Source: Halieaceae bacterium
Lineage (GTDB): Bacteria > Pseudomonadota > Gammaproteobacteria > Pseudomonadales > Halieaceae
Assembly: GCA_002683395.1 (NCBI GenBank)
Contig: NYTG01000087.1
Span: 1-44,092, forward strand
Reading direction: 5' to 3'
Length of the DNA: 44,092 nt
Shown: positions 38,028 to 44,092 of the stretch, one piece after another
Numbering within the stretch: position 1 is the first letter of the stretch
Layout of the letters: every line of letters begins with the position of its first letter
Notes under the pieces: generated by a model
The model's database searches: none
Told to the model about the DNA's origin: nothing
What the model saw: the letters and a program-made list of their open reading frames with translations, nothing else
Position numbers and translations under genes: made by a program

Positions 38028-39391
38028 TCGAGGGTCAGCTCGCGCTGGCCATGTTCGTTGTCGTCTGCGGCGTGTTGCTGCTCGGCTTCCCTGTCGCCCT
38101 GACGCTGGGCGGCACCGCCTTGGGCTTTGCGGCCCTCGGCATTCTGCTTGGTCACTTTGACCCCGATTACCTGTCTGCGCTGACGGCCAGAATTTTCGGC
38201 ACCATGGGGAACGAGACTCTCGTTGCGGTGCCCCTTTTCATCCTCATGGGTGTGGTACTCGAGCGAGCACGGATAGCAGAAGATCTGTTGGCTAATATGG
38301 CGGGGCTATTTGGCGCACGCCCGGGCGGACTGGGCGTCGCCGTGATTGTGGTGGGTGCATTACTGGCCGCCAGCACCGGCATTGTGGGTGCCACTGTCGT
38401 CACAATGGGTGTGCTGGCCCTGCCAACTATGCTGAAGGCAGGTTATTCACCTCAGCTCGCTGCAGGGACGATTTGTGCCACGGGCACGCTAGGACAAATC
38501 ATCCCGCCTTCTATTGCGTTGGTGCTGCTGGGCGACATCATGTCGAGCGCCTACCAGCAGGCGCAATTAAGGATGAACATCATCAACACAGACACCGTAT
38601 CGGTGGGCGATTTATTTGTGGGCGCCATGGTGCCGGGAGTGGTGTTGGTGATGCTCTATCTTGGCTATCTGCTGCTCCGTGCCATCTTGCAACCGGGGAG
38701 CGCGCCACCCGCTGCAGTCGACAAAACCGACGTGCGGTCGACGGCGTTGGCCGTGCTGCCGCCGCTGGGTTTAATCATGTTGGTCCTCGGCTCCATTCTC
38801 ATCGGAGCCGCCACACCCACAGAGGCGGCCGGCGTTGGCGCCACCGGAGCATTGCTGCTGGCGTTATGCCGAGGCGCCCTGAGCCTCAACGTATTGCAGG
38901 ACATCTCCCGGTCCACCCTTTACACCACCAGCATGGTCTTTCTGATCCTAATCGGCGCCGCGGTATTTTCGCTGGTCTTTCGGGGGTTCGGTGGTGACGC
39001 CATGATCGAATCTTTTTTTGAGGAGCTCGGCGGTGGACCACAAAGGGCACTGCTGGTCGTAATGTTGGTGATGTTTTTGCTGGGATTCATTCTCGATTTC
39101 ATCGAGATCACCTTTGTAGTCGTACCGGTAGTAGGGCCTATTTTATTAGCCATGGGTTTTGACCCGATCTGGCTGGGAGTCATGATCGCAGTGAATCTTC
39201 AAACCTCGTTCCTGACGCCTCCCTTCGGCTTTGCCCTGTTTTACCTCCGTGGAGTCGCGCCCGAGAGTGTGAGTACCCGAGCGATCTATTCAGGCGTTTT
39301 ACCCTTCGTGCTCATCCAGCTCCTACTGCTGGTGCTGATGTGGTGGTGGCCCAATTTGGTGCTATGGCTACCGGGCGTCTTGGGGCGATAA
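38024..39391 (+). CDS. dctM: TRAP transporter large permease
   Basis: AVPLFILMG, AASTGIVGA, GTLGQIIPPSI, ATPTEAA and NLQTSFLTPPFG motifs; GTGA overlap with dctQ. Confidence 0.93.
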   Translation: MIEGQLALAMFVVVCGVLLLGFPVALTLGGTALGFAALGILLGHFDPDYLSALTARIFGTMGNETLVAVPLFILMGVVLERARIAEDLLANMAGLFGARPGGLGVAVIVVGALLAASTGIVGATVVTMGVLALPTMLKAGYSPQLAAGTICATGTLGQIIPPSIALVLLGDIMSSAYQQAQLRMNIINTDTVSVGDLFVGAMVPGVVLVMLYLGYLLLRAILQPGSAPPAAVDKTDVRSTALAVLPPLGLIMLVLGSILIGAATPTEAAGVGATGALLLALCRGALSLNVLQDISRSTLYTTSMVFLILIGAAVFSLVFRGFGGDAMIESFFEELGGGPQRALLVVMLVMFLLGFILDFIEITFVVVPVVGPILLAMGFDPIWLGVMIAVNLQTSFLTPPFGFALFYLRGVAPESVSTRAIYSGVLPFVLIQLLLLVLMWWWPNLVLWLPGVLGR

Positions 39392-39471
39392 TGGCGTCAA
39401 CGGCGGTTGGTCTTTGTCCGATGCAATGCCGCGAAGTATTAAACCCATCAGCATCGTAAAAAGGGGCGACC

Positions 39472-39870
39472 ATGTCAGTAGAAGAACTCGATACCCACCC
39501 ACGGCCCTTTGGTGAATTGGCGCTGCAGACTATCGCCATGCCAAAAGATACCAACGCCAACGGCGATATTTTTGGTGGCTGGCTACTCTCGCAAATGGAT
39601 CTGGCGGGCAGCATTACCGCAGCGGAATTGGCGGAAGGCCGTGTGGCGACCGTGGCGATCGAAGGAATGTCATTCCTAACACCGGTTCACGTGGGCGCCG
39701 TTGTGAGTTGCTACTGTGACGTCCTCGAGACGGGCCGAAGCTCCGCGCGCATCTTGGTAGAAGTCTGGATTAACGCCAAGCAGGACGGCGAGCCCCTAAA
39801 GGTGACCGAAGGTGAGTTTATCTACGTGGCCATTGATGAAAACAAACTGACCCGACCTATTCCGCAGTGA
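39472..39870 (+). CDS. yciA: Acyl-CoA thioesterase (hotdog fold, YciA family)
   Basis: AMPKDTNANGDIFGGWLLSQMDLAG and GRVATVA motifs. Confidence 0.9.
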   Translation: MSVEELDTHPRPFGELALQTIAMPKDTNANGDIFGGWLLSQMDLAGSITAAELAEGRVATVAIEGMSFLTPVHVGAVVSCYCDVLETGRSSARILVEVWINAKQDGEPLKVTEGEFIYVAIDENKLTRPIPQ

Positions 39871-41011
39871 GGGTCACCGGCGGCAAGAGGCGATCCCGGC
39901 CGTTGAGATAGGCTCGCTCCGAGATCTCATGGTACGTGCGCACCCGCTCGGCAAAATCAAAGTACGAATCTGCAATTTTCCTCGCCATAGGGTCACTCTC
40001 TACCAGTGACTGAATCGCTACTTGGCTGCTGTCATACAGTGCGTCCATGATGTCATCGGGGAGCGGCAGCACCTCGGTATCAAAATCCGTGAGTAAAATC
40101 TGAAGTGATTCACTGTTATGGGCGGTAAAGTCGTCCAGCATATCGGTATTGGTCGCGCGTGCCGCAACCCGCACAATCGCCTGTAAGTCTGCCGGCAGCG
40201 CTGCGAGCGCGTCGGCGTTGACGATGATCTCCAGCATCGCCCCTGGCTCGTGCCAGCCTGGATAATAATAATAATCACCGACCTCCATTAGCCCGAGCGT
40301 TCGGTCGTTATATGGGCCCACCCACTCGACGGCATCAATCACGCCCGTCTGCATAGAGGTATAGACCTCACCACCAGCAATTCGCACGGCAGAGCCACCG
40401 GCCGCATCGAACACCTCTCCTGCAAGACCAGGAATTCGCATCTTTAATCCATTGAGATCCTCGCGATTATTCAGGCGAATATTGAACCAACCCGCCATCT
40501 GAACCCCGGTACTGCCTCCTGCGAAAGGCACCACGCCAAACGGTGCATACAGTTCATGCCACAGCTGCAGGCCACCGCCGTAATGCAACCAACCGTTCGC
40601 CTCCTGCGCCGTCATGCCGAAGGGCACCGCTGTATAAAATACCGAGGCTGGAATTTTGCCTTTCCAGTAGTACGACGCCCCATGACCCGCCTCAGCCACA
40701 CCTTGAGAGACCGCATCGAATACCTCAAACGCGGGTACGATCTCGCCCGCACCAAAGACTTTGATACGCAAACGTCCACCTGAGGCCTCGTTGACGCGTC
40801 GCGCAAAGTTCTCCGGCGCGGCACCCAGCCCCGGCAACCCCTTTGGCCAAGTGGTCACCAGCTTCCACTCGATGGCCTGTGCGGGACCGTCGGAGGTCAC
40901 CACCACCTGGTCTGAGGTGCCCGCCCGATCCAGCGTCCACAGTGCCACAACGGCCACCAGCGCGGCGGTCAGCCCGACTACCGCAACGGGTAAGACTTGT
41001 TTTTCACGCAT
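39857..41011 (-). CDS. dctP: TRAP transporter substrate-binding protein (DctP/TakP-type, probably keto-acid/monocarboxylate)
   Basis: WKLVTTWP, SYYWKGK, QMAGWF, LKMRIPG (carboxylate-binding Arg), EWVGPYND and YYPGWHEPG motifs. Confidence 0.9.
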   Translation of the reverse strand: MREKQVLPVAVVGLTAALVAVVALWTLDRAGTSDQVVVTSDGPAQAIEWKLVTTWPKGLPGLGAAPENFARRVNEASGGRLRIKVFGAGEIVPAFEVFDAVSQGVAEAGHGASYYWKGKIPASVFYTAVPFGMTAQEANGWLHYGGGLQLWHELYAPFGVVPFAGGSTGVQMAGWFNIRLNNREDLNGLKMRIPGLAGEVFDAAGGSAVRIAGGEVYTSMQTGVIDAVEWVGPYNDRTLGLMEVGDYYYYPGWHEPGAMLEIIVNADALAALPADLQAIVRVAARATNTDMLDDFTAHNSESLQILLTDFDTEVLPLPDDIMDALYDSSQVAIQSLVESDPMARKIADSYFDFAERVRTYHEISERAYLNGRDRLLPPVTLTAE

Positions 41012-41020
41012 GGCTTATCC

Positions 41021-43177
41021 TTAGAGAAGCGTCAGGTTGGCGTATTGAAGCACAAGCCACTTGCTACCTTCACTGAAACTCACCTCGACCCGGGCATTAC
41101 CGCCCTGCCCCTCGAACTGGGTCACGACACCCTCACCGAACACCTGGTGCAACACCAAGCGGCCGAGTTCGATCCCTTCCGCGGGGGGTTCCGCTAGAGC
41201 GGCATGCGCGAGAGACCCAATAGGACGGGAAATGGCCCCATTCAATCGCACTTCCTCAATCAGGTCTCCCGGTATCTCGCGGATAAACCGCGAAGGCGTG
41301 TTGTACATATCACCGCCGTACAGCCGGCGATTTTCAGCGTACGTCACGATCAACTTTTTCATCGCGCGGGTGATGCCAACGTACGCCAGGCGCCGCTCCT
41401 CTTCCAGACGACCCGGCTCCTCAAGCGACATTTGGTGGGGAAACAAATTTTCTTCCATCCCCGCAATGAACACTAACGGGAACTCGAGTCCCTTCGCTGA
41501 GTGCAGCGTCATCATCTGAATGCTGTCCTCGTAGGGATCAGCCTGACCTTCTCCGGCATCGAGCGCTGCGCTATCCAGAAAAGCCTGCAGCGGCGAGATC
41601 GTCTCGTCCTCGGCCTCAAAGAGGCGGGTCGCCGTCTGCAATTCCTGCAGGTTCTCGACGCGCGCCTGCCCTCGCTCCCCTTTTTCAGAGCGGTGGTAAT
41701 CCAGCAGCCCGCTGACCTCGATGACGTGCTCGGTCAGCTCATCCAGCGGCAGGGTCTCGGACGCCCGATCGAGATCATCAATCAGCGACTGAAATTGAGC
41801 CAATGCGGTCAGCGCCCGGGCCGGCAGTAAACTCTGCTCCCTGACACGATGAATGGCTCGCCACAAAGAAATCTGCTCTGCACGAGCCACCTCGCGCAGC
41901 TTTTCTACCGTCTTGCTGCCAATCCCTCGAGGCGGTGTGTTCAATACTCGTTCAAGTGCAGGGTCATCGTCGCGTGTTTGTGCGAGACGCAGATAAGCCA
42001 ACGCATTACGTATCTCAAGACGCTCGTAAAATCGCTGGCCGCCATAAATCCGATAAGGGATCCCCTCGCGCAGCAACGCTTCTTCGAGTACCCGTGACTG
42101 AGCATTGGATCGATATAAAATCGCGATGGACCGGCGAGGGTGACCGTCGCCAGCCCAGGTCTCGGCTTGCTCGACGATATAGCGCGCTTCATCTTGCTCA
42201 TTGAAACCGGCGTACAAGGTGATCGGTTCACCGCGCTCACCCTCAGTCCAGAGATTCTTGCCCAGCCTGCCTGCATTGCGCGCAATCAAACCATTTGCCG
42301 CCTCAAGAATGATTTCGGTAGAGCGATAATTCTGCTCAAGGCGCACCGTCTCAGTCCCTTTGAAATCCTCGGCGAAGCGCTGAATGTTTTCCACCCGGGC
42401 GCCACGCCAGCCGTAGATCGACTGATCATCATCACCTACCGCGACGACTGGAATGGTCTGACCTGCCAACACCCGCAGCCAAGCGTACTGGATGGTATTG
42501 GTGTCCTGGAACTCATCCACCAAAATCGTTTTAAACCGCTGCTGGTAGTGCTGAAGGGTTTCCGGAGACTTCAGCCATAGCTCATGCGCTCGGAGAAGCA
42601 ACTCGGCAAAATCGACCAGGCCACCCCGCTCGCAGGTCTCCTCGTACGCCGCATAGATCCGCACCATGGTTTTGACATACAAATCACCCTCGGGTGCCTC
42701 TACATGACGCGCTCGCAGTCCTTCGTCTTTTTGCCCGTTAATGAACCACTGCGCCTGCTTCGGGGGCCAGCGAGCCTCATCAAGCTCAAGCTCGCGACAG
42801 ACTCGTTTCACGACCCGCAGTTGGTCATCGCTATCGAGAATCTGAAACTGCTGGGGTAGGCCGGCTTCCCGCCAGTGTGCTTTCAAGAGTCGATGAGCCA
42901 GGCCATGAAAAGTGCCTACCCACAGGCCATGGGTTGGCATCTGAAGCATGTCCTCGATGCGACCCCGCATCTCCCGAGCGGCCTTGTTGGTGAAGGTGAC
43001 CGCCAGCACAGATTGGGCTGAGAATCCCTCCGCTCGGATCAGCCAGGCGATCCGGTGAACCAACACGCGGGTTTTGCCTGACCCGGCGCCAGCCAGCACC
43101 AACAGGTGGCCTGAGCTGGCCGTCACCGCATCACGCTGCGCCGTATTGAGCGGGCTCAAAATATCCGATACATCCAT
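41021..43177 (-). CDS. uvrD: DNA helicase II
   Basis: AGAGSGKT, TFTNKAA, DEFQDTN, GDDDQSIY, LEQNYRS, TLHSAKGLEF, EERRLAYVGITRA and a C-terminal Tudor-like KWLVLQYANL. Confidence 0.97.
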   Translation of the reverse strand: MDVSDILSPLNTAQRDAVTASSGHLLVLAGAGSGKTRVLVHRIAWLIRAEGFSAQSVLAVTFTNKAAREMRGRIEDMLQMPTHGLWVGTFHGLAHRLLKAHWREAGLPQQFQILDSDDQLRVVKRVCRELELDEARWPPKQAQWFINGQKDEGLRARHVEAPEGDLYVKTMVRIYAAYEETCERGGLVDFAELLLRAHELWLKSPETLQHYQQRFKTILVDEFQDTNTIQYAWLRVLAGQTIPVVAVGDDDQSIYGWRGARVENIQRFAEDFKGTETVRLEQNYRSTEIILEAANGLIARNAGRLGKNLWTEGERGEPITLYAGFNEQDEARYIVEQAETWAGDGHPRRSIAILYRSNAQSRVLEEALLREGIPYRIYGGQRFYERLEIRNALAYLRLAQTRDDDPALERVLNTPPRGIGSKTVEKLREVARAEQISLWRAIHRVREQSLLPARALTALAQFQSLIDDLDRASETLPLDELTEHVIEVSGLLDYHRSEKGERGQARVENLQELQTATRLFEAEDETISPLQAFLDSAALDAGEGQADPYEDSIQMMTLHSAKGLEFPLVFIAGMEENLFPHQMSLEEPGRLEEERRLAYVGITRAMKKLIVTYAENRRLYGGDMYNTPSRFIREIPGDLIEEVRLNGAISRPIGSLAHAALAEPPAEGIELGRLVLHQVFGEGVVTQFEGQGGNARVEVSFSEGSKWLVLQYANLTLL

Positions 43178-43183
43178 AGCGAG

Positions 43184-43213
43184 AGTGTAACGGAATGGGG
43201 GGAATTGACTGAA
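43184..43213 (-). promoter_or_regulatory. Candidate sigma70 promoter of uvrD (possibly leaderless)
   Basis: Minus strand TTCAGT-18nt-TACACT-6nt-ATG; no SD upstream of the ATG. Confidence 0.45.
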
Positions 43214-43382
43214 GTAACCTTCGCGGCTGCTGTGTGGATAGCGGTTTCTTCAGATTGCTTTCATTGGTATAAAGTGACCAGCACTCGCAGACCTATTTTG
43301 AACAATCGTCGGTTTTAACGAGCCTCAAGGGGCTTTCAAGAAGGTCGAGAACATTGCGCCACACATCACAAGGAAATCGATC

Positions 43383-43742
43383 ATGAAAATCCAAACTGCC
43401 TCACTGCTACTCGCACTCACCATATTACCCTTCAGTGCGGCTCGCGCCTGCGACATGCCCGTTGCGCCGCCCACTCCTGACGGCAATAGTGCCACTCTGG
43501 ACGACATGATTTCTGCGCAGGGTGAGGTCAAGGCGTTTCAGGGTGCTAATGCCATTTACCTCGAATGCGTTGATGATCAAATGTCGGCAGAAAAAGCCTC
43601 TATTGACGAGGGAGATGACAGTGCACAGGAGCGATATGCCCTGGCCGCCGCTGACTATAATGCTGCCGTATCGCGGGAAGAGCAGGTCGCCGCTGACTTT
43701 AATACGGCAATTCGTGCCTATAAGGCGGCCAATCCCGACTGA
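43383..43742 (+). CDS. Secreted small helical hypothetical protein with two cysteines
   Basis: AAGGA SD; Sec signal MKIQTASLLLALTILPFSAARA; mature CDMP..PDG...YLEC followed by a coiled-coil-like helix. Confidence 0.8.
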   Translation: MKIQTASLLLALTILPFSAARACDMPVAPPTPDGNSATLDDMISAQGEVKAFQGANAIYLECVDDQMSAEKASIDEGDDSAQERYALAAADYNAAVSREEQVAADFNTAIRAYKAANPD

Positions 43743-43749
43743 TTGCGAT

Positions 43750-43776
43750 GCCCCTTGCCAGCCGCTGGCACGGGGC
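43750..43776. terminator. GC-rich hairpin between convergent genes (terminator-like)
   Basis: GCCCC-T-TGCCAG-CCG-CTGGCA-C-GGGGC, 7 nt after the stop at 43742; weak U-tract. Confidence 0.55.
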
Positions 43777-43811
43777 TATTCCACTGTCACTGAGTAGATT
43801 TGTTTGGTGCA

Positions 43812-43937
43812 TTAATCTTTTTTGTGATCCTGTGCGAGAATTCCTTTGTCCTGGAGTTTTTTCGAAAGCTTTTCCACTGGAACCAATGCTATGACCCACA
43901 TTGCAATGAGAAGTCCTATTACTATCATTCCATCCAC
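43812..43937 (-). CDS. Small 41-aa single-pass membrane protein (not in the ORF track)
   Basis: AAGGA SD 8 nt before GTG; MDGMIVIGLLIAMWVIALVPVEKLSKKLQDKGILAQDHKKD, one TM helix plus a Lys-rich tail. Confidence 0.6.
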   Translation of the reverse strand: MDGMIVIGLLIAMWVIALVPVEKLSKKLQDKGILAQDHKKD

Positions 43938-43954
43938 AACGATATTCCTTTTAC

Positions 43955-43978
43955 AAAAAAAGAGGTATCACCTCTTTT
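43955..43978. terminator. Bidirectional intrinsic terminator-like hairpin
   Basis: AAAAGAGGT-ATC-ACCTCTTTT, with 7 U on the minus strand and 4 U on the plus strand. Confidence 0.7.
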
Positions 43979-44016
43979 AATAGAATACTTTTGATAAGGT
44001 TGTTGAGTGAAGATCG

Positions 44017-44091
44017 TTACTTATAAATCGCGTGACTTACCTTTTCGTCTTCAGCGAAGGTTATCTCACAGCGAACCAAATTTAGGTGAAG
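44017..44091 (-). CDS. Possible 3' end of a gene truncated by the window edge
   Basis: The only minus frame open from the edge (LHLNLVRCEITFAEDEKVSHAIYK*), ending about 38 nt before the terminator hairpin. No recognisable motif. Confidence 0.3.
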   Translation of the reverse strand, partial: LHLNLVRCEITFAEDEKVSHAIYK

Positions 44092-44092
44092 C

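Noticed and set aside
39269-39280. SlmA-binding-site-like GTGAGTACCCGA
   Set aside because: Only partly matches the GTGAGTACTCAC palindrome, and chance matches at this level are expected.
40262-40274. ATAATAATAATAA microsatellite
   Set aside because: It encodes the conserved DYYYYPG stretch of DctP, so it is not a contingency locus.
43233-43241. DnaA-box-like TGTGGATAG upstream of uvrD
   Set aside because: Single 8/9 match with no cluster of boxes or unwinding element.
43800-43994. 64-aa plus-strand ORF in the AT-rich tail
   Set aside because: No SD, it runs through the terminator hairpin, and the minus-strand 41-aa ORF has a better SD and a coherent TM architecture.
44043-44056. CTGAAGA-C-GAAA on the minus strand resembling a hammerhead ribozyme core
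   Set aside because: There is no room for stem II between CUGANGA and GAAA, and the stretch reads as an open coding frame.
43215-44063. 10-bp inverted match TAACCTTCGC (43215-24) / GCGAAGGTTA (44054-63) as possible element ends
   Set aside because: A 10-mer match within about 1 kb is expected by chance; there is no transposase or target duplication.

Overview
A 44 kb, gene-dense core-genome segment of roughly 55-60% GC from a gammaproteobacterium. Gene order and protein style suggest the Halieaceae / OM60-NOR5 group (inference). Order: metK (3' part), ahcY, rsmE, membrane-anchored HSL-type esterase, gshB, tonB-like, yqgE, ruvX, pilT, yggS, proC, yggT, metX, metW, DUF4426, rdgB, hemW, trmB, rpoH, ftsXEY, rsmD, coaD, mutM, rpmG, rpmB, coaBC, argB, slmA, DUF4124-like, pyrE, crc-like, rph, yicC, gmk, rpoZ, spoT, ridA, SDR, recG, ubiA, FemAB-like GNAT, yaaA, TRAP dctQM, yciA, TRAP dctP, uvrD, a secreted hypothetical and an AT-rich tail. 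I saw no mobile element, CRISPR array, tRNA or rRNA. Most notable: (1) a perfect CIRCE (HrcA operator) over the predicted rpoH promoter; (2) a RidA gene with an in-frame twin-arginine signal-like extension coupled to spoT plus an internal SD/GTG start, so possibly exported and cytoplasmic isoforms; (3) an ExoIII-fold protein lacking its catalytic residues that looks like a Crc ortholog; (4) a hybrid EFKD motif in SpoT; (5) a 41-aa membrane peptide missed by the ORF track in the ~38% GC tail, with a possible antisense RNA; (6) a perfect 100-bp fold-back palindrome at the window start, most likely an amplification or assembly artifact.
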